Positions 55,499 to 64,000 of a DNA stretch of 64,000 bases are shown in pieces (position 1 is the first letter of the stretch; every line of letters starts with the position of its first letter). The stretch is from a virus. The stretch covers positions 2,836 to 66,835 of the IMG/VR virus record IMGVR_UViG_3300006153_000339; one strand, given 5' to 3'. The position numbers were made by a program, and so were the translations under genes. The notes under the pieces are model-generated. The model saw only the letters and a program-made list of their open reading frames with translations. It was not told where the DNA came from and searched no databases.

Positions 55499-58400
55499 TT
55501 GGCTTCTAATGTTGATGGGTCTGTTGTCATTGATGTTGACTTCAATATAAATGACGCAGAAAAAGAGCTTGCGCGGCTGAAAACGAAGGTTTTCAAGCTG
55601 GAAGATGAAGTTTCCGAGAAAACGGCCAAGAGCGATGTCCTGAAAGAGCGGTTCCGGGCGGCGGAAAAAGAGTTTGACGCGTTAAGCAAGAAAAAGAACA
55701 GCTTTGACACCACGATTTTTTCGGCACAAGACGAGGCGAGGATTGCAGAGCTGGGGAAAACCATGCAAAACCTCGACAAGGAGATAAAGGCCATTGATGA
55801 AGATATTGATCAAGGCAACGTTTCTTTGGAGTGGACAAAGCAGCGGTATGGCGAAATCGTAAAAATCGCAGAACGCCTTCAAACGGTTCAAAAGTCTGCC
55901 GGGGGCAGAGAATCTGCTGAAATATCCGATCAGCATATCGCGGATTTGAGCCAAGAGCTTGCACAGCTTAAACAGAGGCTGGCCGAACTGAAAAAATCTG
56001 GGATTGGTCTTGGACACAGGGAATTTGACGAAATTACATCCAAGATAGCCGCAATAAACCGGGAAATTAAGGAATATGAGAAAAACCTAACCAGTGTATC
56101 CGATGTGGATCTTTCTGGTAGCGCCGCGACAAAGGTTGCGGATGAAATGTTCCAGGATATGGCAGACCACGCACAGGAGACCATGAAGTGGGTGGAACGG
56201 CTACGGGATGATCTGGCGGATCTTGAGGACAGGAAATCCAGCCTGGGACTTGCGTTTGGCGCGCGGGACGAGTACAGGGAGATTCAAAGCGAAATCGACA
56301 GCGTTACCGCACACCTGAACACGATGCTGGAAGATTTGGACAGTCTTGCCAGAAGCGGCGCTTTGGGGAGGCTGGCGGGCGGCTCCGAGATAGCAGAGCA
56401 GCGCATCCGGGAGCTTGAGAATGAGCTTGATAATCTCAACAGGAAGCAAGCAAACCTCGGAATGGCGTTTGGGGCAAAGAAAGAATATGAAAGCCTTTCT
56501 GTGGAAATCGAGCGCGTCAGCGGCCTGATAGACAGCTATGAGAAAAGCCTCAGCGATGACGCGGTATTTCGCCGAATGGCGGAGGACGCAGAGGTGGCAA
56601 ACCAGCACATTGTCGATTTGTGCCAGGAGCTGGAAGAACTGAAGGAGACACAAAAAGAGCTGGAACAGGCTGGTATCGGCCTTGGGTTCCAGGAATATGA
56701 CGAAAATGTTTCCCGGATTTCAGAAATAAATAAGGAGCTAAAGAAGTACAAAAGCGGATTGTCCGATAGCGGCACGGGAGACGATGGACTATCCGGGAAA
56801 TTTGAAGCGGCACAAAAAATGACTTCAATTCTCGGAAAGTTATCCAAAACACTGGGCGGCAGCGGTTCCATTGCAACGGAAGGTGCGGCGGCGGCGGAAG
56901 GGCTTGCCGGGGCAGCGGCGGGTATGGAGGGCTTGTCTGCGTCCGCAGCGGCGGCGGGGCCCGCTGTTATCGCGGTGGTTGCGGCAATCGCGCTGCTCAA
57001 AGCCGCCGCAGACAAGATAGCCGAGGAAGCAAAAAAGCTGACCACTTCTTTTGCGGAATTTCTCAAAAATGGGGTAAATGTCTTAAAAAAATTCGGAAAG
57101 TATGCTGTTAAGGCTTTTCAAATTGCCGCGTCCGGCGCACTTGTGGCAATCGAGCGCATGAATGTGTTCCCCAAGATGTTCAGTTCTATCGGGAAGTCAT
57201 TGAAGCAATTGGGGCGCACAGTTAAGAGCGCGTTGGTTTTTTCAGTCATCTATAAGGGCCTTTCTATGCTTCGTCAGCAGATGAGCGCGTATCTGATGGT
57301 TAATGCGCAGTTTGCGACATCCCTCCGCCGCCTGCAAGGCGTTTTGCTCACCGCATTTCAGCCCATTTATGAAGTGGTGGTTCCCGCCTTAACCACACTG
57401 ATAAACGTCCTGTCAAGAGCAATTGCGGTTGTCGCACAATTTATAGCCGCCCTGTTCGGAAAGACCGCAAAACAAGCCCAGCAAAATGCCTCCGCGCTAA
57501 ATAAGCAGGCCGGGGCAACAACGGCGGCGGGCAACGCGGCGGAGGAAGCGGCGCTCCAGCTGGCAGAGTTTGACGAGATCAATAAGCTGGAGGGGAATAA
57601 ATCTGCCGGCGGCGGTGGCGGTGGCGGAGTAGACGTAGACACTGGTCCGCTGTTTGACTGGGAATACGAGGATATGCCCTTCGACAGCTGGGGCGAGGCG
57701 TTCAGCGCGTTCCTGGACAAGCTGTTGGCTGGGATCCCAAAGCTGAAAGAGGCGTTTAAGAATTTTGCGGACTGGCTAAACGACTTCACCAAAAAGCTCT
57801 ATGATATGTTCACGTTTCCCGGCATCCTGGACAAGGTGAAACAGCTGGGGCATGATCTGGCGGACGCGCTCAATTATTTGGTCAATCAAATTAACTGGTA
57901 TCAGCTGGGGCAGGCTCTTGGCGCTGGACTGAATTTGGCGCTCAATTTCCTGACGAGCTTCCTGTACACATTTGACTGGATCAATCTCGGCGAATCACTG
58001 GCGGGGCTGGTGAATGGACTGGCATCCGAGGTTGATTGGTACGAATTTGGGCGGCTGCTGTGGTCTGGATTCAAAATCGGACTGGAAACGCTGGCGGGGT
58101 TCTTGATGGGGCTTAATATGCCTCTGCTGGCCCAGTCCGCAAGCAACATTGTGATTGGCTTCTTCACGGAAATGAAGAATACCATCGAGCGCGTTCCGTG
58201 GAGGGATATTGGGTGGCAAATCGCCACATTCCTGGTAAATCTGGATTGGTATGGTATGCTGTCCAGCGTCACATCGGCCATCGCGGCTGGGCTTATGGCG
58301 GCGGTGGCGGGCATTTCCGGATTTTTGGATCGCATTGTTCCAGAGCTGGATCGTATTGCCGGAGAGATCGTCCAGGCGCTGATTGAATTTTTCCGGGATA

Positions 58401-59989
58401 AGGTGGAATGGGACAAGCTGGCACAGTCCATAGGGGACGGAATCGCGGCGGCGTTCCAATTTGTGGCGGGGCTGCTCAACCCGGAGCTGTTCTATGAGAT
58501 CGGAAGCGCCATCGGAAACTTCCTCATCAACCTGCAATGGGGGGAAATTTTCGGCGGGCTGGCGCAGGCGTTGGCAAATGGAATTAATTCCGCCATAGCG
58601 TTTTTGCGCGGCATACTTGACGAGATGACCCCGGAAAAGCTGCGGGCCATCGCGGATGATATCGCGGACAAAATCAACAAATTTGTTGAGGATGTGAATT
58701 GGGAAGAACTTGGTCAGACCATCAGCGATGGCATTGAAGCGGCATTGGATTTCCTGATTGAACTGATGGACCAGATTGACTGGGATGCGGTAGGCGAGGC
58801 CGTAGCCAACTGCTTGCAAAAGATTGACTGGGATACCTTGCTGACGAAATGGGGTACACTCTTGGGCGAAATTATGAATGCCAAGATGAAGGTCATTGAC
58901 CTGTCTGGCGCGCTTGATATCGGCCTAAATATTGTAAAAGGCATCGCAAAGGGTATGCTGAATGAGTTCCTCGCTGGTGGCGGCATCATCGGATGGCTAA
59001 AACGCACCTTCGTTGACAAACTGCTGGGAGGGGTAATGAGCCTGTTTGGCATCCACTCTCCGTCTACCGTTTTTGAAGGGTACGGAAAGAATTTGATTGA
59101 AGGTCTTGGGCTTGGAATTTCCGGAATCTGGCACACTATCACAGATTTCTTTGGGGAAAAATTAGGTGCCTTGAAAAAGCAGCTGACAGATAAATGGGAT
59201 GAAATGAAGCAAAACGCCTCAGAAAAGTGGTCGGAAATTAAAGACGCACTCGGGCAAAAATGGTCTGAAATCAAAGAAAAGGCCGGGGCTAAATTCGATG
59301 AAGTGAAATCAAAAATTTCCGAAATTTGGGAGAACACAAAAACGGAAACATCTTCTAAATGGGACGCAATCAAGTCATCCCTGTCCGATACGTGGGAGAA
59401 GGTTAAGACAACAGCACAGGAAAAATTCACGAACATAAAGGAAAGCATTATAGAAAAAATGGGGGGTTTGAAAAACCACGACTGGAAATCAATCGGCTCT
59501 AACGTTATGGACGGAATTTGGAGCGGCCTAAAAAGTGTCTGGAATTCTGTCACTTCGTGGGCATCTAACGCGGCCAAATGGCTTGGCGATGCGTTTAATG
59601 GCGCGAAGAGATCTGTCCAGGGCGCGGCAACGGGGGCAATGGCGGGAACGGGCGGAAGAAGCGTATCTGCCGCGAGTATGCCAGATATCTCCGGATACCG
59701 CATACCAGCACTTGCTCAAGGCGCGGTCATTCCGCCCAACCGGGAGTTTCTGGCGGTGCTGGGCGACCAGCGCAGCGGGAACAACTTGGAGGGGCCGGAA
59801 GGCTTGTTCCGTCAGATTGTTCGAGATGAGAATGCGGCTATGATTGGTGTGCTCCAAGCTATCCTATCTGCCATCAGAGAAGGGAAAGAGCTTTCTGTGG
59901 ATAAGACTATTTTTGCAAAGCTGGTTTATGGAACCTACAGCGCGGAGGCTGGCCGTGTGGGCGTAAGGCTTACGGAGGTGCGTGGATGA
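55499..59989 (+). CDS. Tape measure protein
   Basis: DGSVVID start, FDEINKL, W-periodic repeats, FGIHSPS, IPALAQGAVIPPN. Confidence 0.92.
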   Translation: MASNVDGSVVIDVDFNINDAEKELARLKTKVFKLEDEVSEKTAKSDVLKERFRAAEKEFDALSKKKNSFDTTIFSAQDEARIAELGKTMQNLDKEIKAIDEDIDQGNVSLEWTKQRYGEIVKIAERLQTVQKSAGGRESAEISDQHIADLSQELAQLKQRLAELKKSGIGLGHREFDEITSKIAAINREIKEYEKNLTSVSDVDLSGSAATKVADEMFQDMADHAQETMKWVERLRDDLADLEDRKSSLGLAFGARDEYREIQSEIDSVTAHLNTMLEDLDSLARSGALGRLAGGSEIAEQRIRELENELDNLNRKQANLGMAFGAKKEYESLSVEIERVSGLIDSYEKSLSDDAVFRRMAEDAEVANQHIVDLCQELEELKETQKELEQAGIGLGFQEYDENVSRISEINKELKKYKSGLSDSGTGDDGLSGKFEAAQKMTSILGKLSKTLGGSGSIATEGAAAAEGLAGAAAGMEGLSASAAAAGPAVIAVVAAIALLKAAADKIAEEAKKLTTSFAEFLKNGVNVLKKFGKYAVKAFQIAASGALVAIERMNVFPKMFSSIGKSLKQLGRTVKSALVFSVIYKGLSMLRQQMSAYLMVNAQFATSLRRLQGVLLTAFQPIYEVVVPALTTLINVLSRAIAVVAQFIAALFGKTAKQAQQNASALNKQAGATTAAGNAAEEAALQLAEFDEINKLEGNKSAGGGGGGGVDVDTGPLFDWEYEDMPFDSWGEAFSAFLDKLLAGIPKLKEAFKNFADWLNDFTKKLYDMFTFPGILDKVKQLGHDLADALNYLVNQINWYQLGQALGAGLNLALNFLTSFLYTFDWINLGESLAGLVNGLASEVDWYEFGRLLWSGFKIGLETLAGFLMGLNMPLLAQSASNIVIGFFTEMKNTIERVPWRDIGWQIATFLVNLDWYGMLSSVTSAIAAGLMAAVAGISGFLDRIVPELDRIAGEIVQALIEFFRDKVEWDKLAQSIGDGIAAAFQFVAGLLNPELFYEIGSAIGNFLINLQWGEIFGGLAQALANGINSAIAFLRGILDEMTPEKLRAIADDIADKINKFVEDVNWEELGQTISDGIEAALDFLIELMDQIDWDAVGEAVANCLQKIDWDTLLTKWGTLLGEIMNAKMKVIDLSGALDIGLNIVKGIAKGMLNEFLAGGGIIGWLKRTFVDKLLGGVMSLFGIHSPSTVFEGYGKNLIEGLGLGISGIWHTITDFFGEKLGALKKQLTDKWDEMKQNASEKWSEIKDALGQKWSEIKEKAGAKFDEVKSKISEIWENTKTETSSKWDAIKSSLSDTWEKVKTTAQEKFTNIKESIIEKMGGLKNHDWKSIGSNVMDGIWSGLKSVWNSVTSWASNAAKWLGDAFNGAKRSVQGAATGAMAGTGGRSVSAASMPDISGYRIPALAQGAVIPPNREFLAVLGDQRSGNNLEGPEGLFRQIVRDENAAMIGVLQAILSAIREGKELSVDKTIFAKLVYGTYSAEAGRVGVRLTEVRG

Positions 59990-60381
59990 AAAAATTTGTG
60001 TTTACAGTAGATGGTATCCAATATAAAAACATTCATGTGCTCTCTGTCAAACGATCCTTCTCTGTCCTTGATGGAGAAAATGCGGGGCGCACGATGGATG
60101 GATCCATGCAGAGAGATGTTATTGGTACATACTACAATTATTCTCTGGAAATTGACCCGTCAGACAGCGACCCAAAAGAATACGATGCGCTCTATGAAGT
60201 TTTGTCCGCCCCGGTTAATAGCCACGATGTAACATTCCCCTACGGGCGCGGCGAGCTATCTTTCCAGGCGTATGTATCCAATGGTGATGATGAGCTTTTC
60301 GACGCATCGGAGGGCGTAAACCGTTGGGACAACCTCTCCATAAACTTCGTCGCCATGAATCCACAAAGGAGGCCCGCGTGA
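59986..60381 (+). CDS. Distal tail protein
   Basis: AGRT.DG.M.RD.IG motif after the tape measure gene. Confidence 0.75.
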   Translation: MKKFVFTVDGIQYKNIHVLSVKRSFSVLDGENAGRTMDGSMQRDVIGTYYNYSLEIDPSDSDPKEYDALYEVLSAPVNSHDVTFPYGRGELSFQAYVSNGDDELFDASEGVNRWDNLSINFVAMNPQRRPA

Positions 60382-61907
60382 GCGTACGCATCGTATACCA
60401 GGACATTGCCGCCGGGGCGGACGATGACGCCGCAGTAAGCACCCAGGACGCCGCGTCCTTTGCAGATGTATCCTTGCTCCCCTTCGGTTCCCAGGGTTGC
60501 CCTATCGCCGCCCTGGGGGCAGGGAGCTGGCTCCTGGACGGTTCCCGGGAGATACTGGACGAGCAGTCCATCGGATTTTGGTCCGCGTCTATGAGCGGCC
60601 CGGACGCGCGGTTTGAGAACCCGCCCGAAATTGTGATTGAGTTCGACAGGCGGTACACATCCCCCGGCCTGTTCCTCACCTTCGACCCCGGCAGCGGGGA
60701 ATACTGCTCCAGTGTGACCATCCAGTGGTTCCAGGGGACGGCGAAGCTCTACGAGGGTTCCTACCAGCCGGACGCGGTGGAATATTTCTGCGCGCACACC
60801 GCCGAGGCGTACGACAAGATTGTCATCCGGCTGAACGCCACCAGCGTCCCATACCGCTATGCCAAGCTGTCTAAGATTATGTTTGGCGTGTCCAGAACCT
60901 TCTACAGGGAGGAATTGCGCAACGTCAAGGCCGTCCAGGAGGTAAGCATTATCTCAGACCAGGTAGCAATCAATACGCTGGATTTCACCCTGGACAGCCA
61001 GCACAACGTGGAGTATATGTTCCAGTTTAAGCAGCCGGTGTTTGCCTACGATGGTGAAACCCTGATTGGCGTGTTCTACATTGATGATTCCAAGCGGCGC
61101 GGGGCTGGGCTGTACGATATATCCTGCAAAGACGCAATCGGTGTTCTGGATGATGAACCGTACCCGGCGCGGATGCTTATCAATGCCTCCGTACGGGAGC
61201 TTTTAGAGGATATCTTGGGCGGATACTTTGACTTGGAGCTGGACGCGGTACTGAGCGCCGCCGCCATAACGGGATATCTCAAGGACGGCTCCCGGCGGCA
61301 AGCCCTCCAGCAGGTTGCCTTTGCGTTGGGCGCTATGGTGGACACCAGCGGGAGTGAGGCCGTCCGGGTGTACCGGGACAGGGAGGCCAGCCCACGGAAA
61401 ATCCCGCAGGGACGGGTGTACACCGGCGGCTCGGTGGACAAATCCGCTATCGTCACCGCCGTCCAGGTGGTGGCCCACACCTACAGCGCTACGGGTGAAG
61501 GGAGCGACACCGTAGAGGTGGACGGGGTGGCCTACTGCCACAGCACAACGACCACCACCATTTCTAATCCGAACGCCACGGCCAGCGACAAGCAGAACGT
61601 GGTCGAGGTGAAGGACGCAACGTTGGTGAACCCAGAAAATGTGGCGGCGATAACCCAACACCTGTATAACTACTATACCATGCGGGACACCCAAAACGTC
61701 AGGATTGTCATGGACGGGGAGAAGCCGGGGGACCATATCGCCGCGCCGACCCCATGGGGCACCGTCATGAACGGCTATATCGCGTCAATGCAGATTGTGC
61801 TGAGCGGTATAGCGGCGGCGGACTGCGAGGTTGTGGGCACCGATGTCAAGGCCGTGGGCGACGCGGAAACCCGGTTCTCCGGTGAATTTATGGCGGGGGA
61901 GATGTGA
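60378..61907 (+). CDS. Tail tip/baseplate hub protein
   Basis: G.FY.D, C.DAIG.LD, R.ALQQ.AFA. Confidence 0.7.
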   Translation: MSVRIVYQDIAAGADDDAAVSTQDAASFADVSLLPFGSQGCPIAALGAGSWLLDGSREILDEQSIGFWSASMSGPDARFENPPEIVIEFDRRYTSPGLFLTFDPGSGEYCSSVTIQWFQGTAKLYEGSYQPDAVEYFCAHTAEAYDKIVIRLNATSVPYRYAKLSKIMFGVSRTFYREELRNVKAVQEVSIISDQVAINTLDFTLDSQHNVEYMFQFKQPVFAYDGETLIGVFYIDDSKRRGAGLYDISCKDAIGVLDDEPYPARMLINASVRELLEDILGGYFDLELDAVLSAAAITGYLKDGSRRQALQQVAFALGAMVDTSGSEAVRVYRDREASPRKIPQGRVYTGGSVDKSAIVTAVQVVAHTYSATGEGSDTVEVDGVAYCHSTTTTTISNPNATASDKQNVVEVKDATLVNPENVAAITQHLYNYYTMRDTQNVRIVMDGEKPGDHIAAPTPWGTVMNGYIASMQIVLSGIAAADCEVVGTDVKAVGDAETRFSGEFMAGEM

Positions 61908-61909
61908 GA

Positions 61910-64000
61910 ATGGACAATATCATGGACACCCTGATAACAGACCGCGCCCAGGCGGATGTAGACCGGGCCAAATACCTTAATTCCCTGTGGGACGCGCGGG
62001 CGGGCCGATGGCGCGGGACGCCGGAGGAATGGGCCGAATGGGCGGCTGGGCCGCGCGGGGCGTATGGGTTCAACGACATGAACCGGGTGAATGAAGCGGT
62101 TGCATACCTGACGGGGGTGCTTGCTGGCATGGGATACACCGTTGCGGTCGAGGGTGTTGTCCCGGCCTATAACATCCGTGTCGGCGTTGAACCGGACGGC
62201 GGCGGTATCGCGTCCGGCAGCGGCGTCTTCTTTGAGGGGGATACCGTGACCGTATCTGCGCAGGCCGGGGAGAAGTATGATTTCACCGGGTGGTTTGAGG
62301 CCGGGGAAATGGTCAGTGCCGATTTGGTGTACACCTTCACTGCGGAGCGCTCCCGGAATCTGACCGCCGTATTCGCGCTGAAGCAATTCCGGGTTGATGT
62401 CGGGGTTGACCCGGCGGGCAGCGGCGAGGCCACGGGCGGCGGCGTATACGACATCGACACCGAGGTTACAGTTGCGGCAGAAGTGGGAGACGGTTATGCG
62501 TTCACCCGGTGGATGGAAAACGGCGGCACGGCGGCGGATGGCCCGGAATACACCTTTACACTTGACCGTGACCGGGATTTGGTGGCGGTTATGACGAAAA
62601 CCCATGTCATTTCCGTAGCTGCAAGCGACAATGACGGCGGCACGGTGGACGGGAGCGGGATGTACTTGGACGGACAGGCCGTCACGGTATCTGCGGTGGC
62701 GGCGGACGGATACGAGTTTGCCGGGTGGCAGGAGAATGGCTCCATTGTCAGCGAGGATGATGTATACAGCTTCGCGGCATCGGCGGACAGGGAGCTTACC
62801 GCTGTGTTCGTCAGAGTATACATTGTCACCCTGCTGGCAGAGCCGGACGGCGGGGGAACGGCCCAGGGCGGCGGGAGATATCGCGAGAGGGAGCAGATTA
62901 CTGTCACAGCTGCGCCGGGTGATGATTATCGGTTCGTATCCTGGATGGAGAATGGGGAGCGGGTGAGTACGGATAAGAGCTACACCTTTACCGTTGATAG
63001 TGATTGCACCTTGACCGCGGTGTTTGAGGAAATCCCTGTGTACACCATCACCGCCACCATAGACCCCGCCGGGAGCGGAACCGTTACTGGAGCGGGGCAG
63101 TACAAGGAAGGAGATACTGCCACAATCACAGCCGAACCGGCGGACGGGTACAAATTTACGGGCTGGCAGGAGAATGGTCAAATAGTAAGCACAGACGCAA
63201 ACTATACTTTTACCGTGACTGCTGACAAGAATTTTTCTGCCACATTTAAGGTGAATGCGCTTACATGGGCCGCATCAACGCTCCCGGCTGCAGCGAATTG
63301 GAGCGATGTAGCCTATGGAGACAGAAAGTTTGTTGCGATTGCGTATAACAGCAATAATGGCGCTTACAGCACAGATGGAATTACATGGGTGAAAATGACA
63401 CTTCCAGTGTCTTCTTACTGGAACAGTGTAGCCTATGGGAATGGAAAGTTTGTTGCGATTGCTGGACGATCCGCCGGGAGTTCTTATGCCGCATATAGCA
63501 CAGATGGAATAAATTGGACACAAACATCAATGCCGTCCTCTGCGCATTGGATTAGCGTGGCGTTTATGAGCGGAACGCAAACAAGTGGGACGTTTGTTGC
63601 TGTTGCAAGTGGCTATACAAATAAAGCAGCGTATAGCACAGACGGAATAAAATGGAACGCTGTATCTCTTCCTTCTTCCTCTGATTGGCGGTGTGTTGCT
63701 GGAGGGAAAAACAAATTCGTTTCTTTTGCGTACCAACACAGTTCGTCAGTGACAAATAAAGCAGCTTACAGTTTTAGCGGAAATAGTTGGGTTGCTTCTA
63801 CGCTTCCTTTAAGCGCTTACTGGTATGATGTGGCATATGGAGATGAAGTATATGTTGCCGTTTCTGCGTACAATGGAGTTACAGCGCGATGTACTGATAA
63901 TGCAACTTGGGTTTCCGGCACTTCAATCCCGTCATCCACAAATTGCAGATTCATAGCTTTTGGGGATGGAAAGTTTGTTGCAGTTGCTAACGGCAGTAGT
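61910..64000 (+). CDS. Tail fibre/adhesin: five InlB-B/Flg_new-like repeats plus beta-propeller; 3' end truncated by the window
   Basis: Frame appears open to the window end; repeats G.G....G..VTV.A...GY.F.GW.E.G..VS...YTF, then W..VAYG.GKFVA...AYSTDGI.W. Confidence 0.82.
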   Translation, partial: MDNIMDTLITDRAQADVDRAKYLNSLWDARAGRWRGTPEEWAEWAAGPRGAYGFNDMNRVNEAVAYLTGVLAGMGYTVAVEGVVPAYNIRVGVEPDGGGIASGSGVFFEGDTVTVSAQAGEKYDFTGWFEAGEMVSADLVYTFTAERSRNLTAVFALKQFRVDVGVDPAGSGEATGGGVYDIDTEVTVAAEVGDGYAFTRWMENGGTAADGPEYTFTLDRDRDLVAVMTKTHVISVAASDNDGGTVDGSGMYLDGQAVTVSAVAADGYEFAGWQENGSIVSEDDVYSFAASADRELTAVFVRVYIVTLLAEPDGGGTAQGGGRYREREQITVTAAPGDDYRFVSWMENGERVSTDKSYTFTVDSDCTLTAVFEEIPVYTITATIDPAGSGTVTGAGQYKEGDTATITAEPADGYKFTGWQENGQIVSTDANYTFTVTADKNFSATFKVNALTWAASTLPAAANWSDVAYGDRKFVAIAYNSNNGAYSTDGITWVKMTLPVSSYWNSVAYGNGKFVAIAGRSAGSSYAAYSTDGINWTQTSMPSSAHWISVAFMSGTQTSGTFVAVASGYTNKAAYSTDGIKWNAVSLPSSSDWRCVAGGKNKFVSFAYQHSSSVTNKAAYSFSGNSWVASTLPLSAYWYDVAYGDEVYVAVSAYNGVTARCTDNATWVSGTSIPSSTNCRFIAFGDGKFVAVANGSS

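Larger units (their letters stand above)
26498..64000 (+). mobile_element. Prophage 2, A118/SPP1-like siphophage; right end lies outside the window
   Basis: Integrase-cI-cro-replication-terminase-portal-head-tail gene order. Confidence 0.93.

Noticed and set aside
55900..56760. Internal duplications in tape measure 2
   Set aside because: Ordinary tape-measure repeat expansion
1..64000. CRISPR array, tRNA or rRNA genes
   Set aside because: No regularly spaced repeat-spacer array or cloverleaf recognised by eye

Overview
The window holds two tandem temperate prophages of a high-GC Clostridia host (Oscillospiraceae-like, inferred from gene content). No host housekeeping genes are visible. Bases 1-24.2 kb are the late operon of a PBSX/Xkd-type contractile-tailed phage: portal C-terminus, MuF-like head protein, DUF2213, DUF2184 capsid, sheath, tube, tape measure, baseplate, fibres, YefM-YoeB, holin and M15 endolysin. 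Bases 24.2-26.5 kb are accessory: HTH paralogues, a type I TA-like locus and a structured ncRNA. From ~26.5 kb to the end is an A118/SPP1-like siphophage: serine integrase, cI/cro switch, HicAB cassette, replication genes, terminase, portal, MuF toxin, capsid and tail. Four observations stand out. (1) The terminase large-subunit gene is broken in its Walker A loop by 5 extra nt arranged like a ribosomal stop-hop (GGT-TAG to GGC), directly behind an HNH endonuclease gene. (2) The same 38-nt boxA-like element plus complementary arm sits upstream of inserted cargo in both phages and matches the cargo's own terminator 0.35 or 2.2 kb downstream, suggesting long-range RNA antitermination that brackets morons. 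(3) Sigma-A promoters are embedded in-frame at the toxin junction of three head-protein/toxin fusions. (4) A Com-like zinc-ribbon gene has GAGCC repeats overlapping a terminator. All family assignments come from motif recognition by eye, not from database searches.
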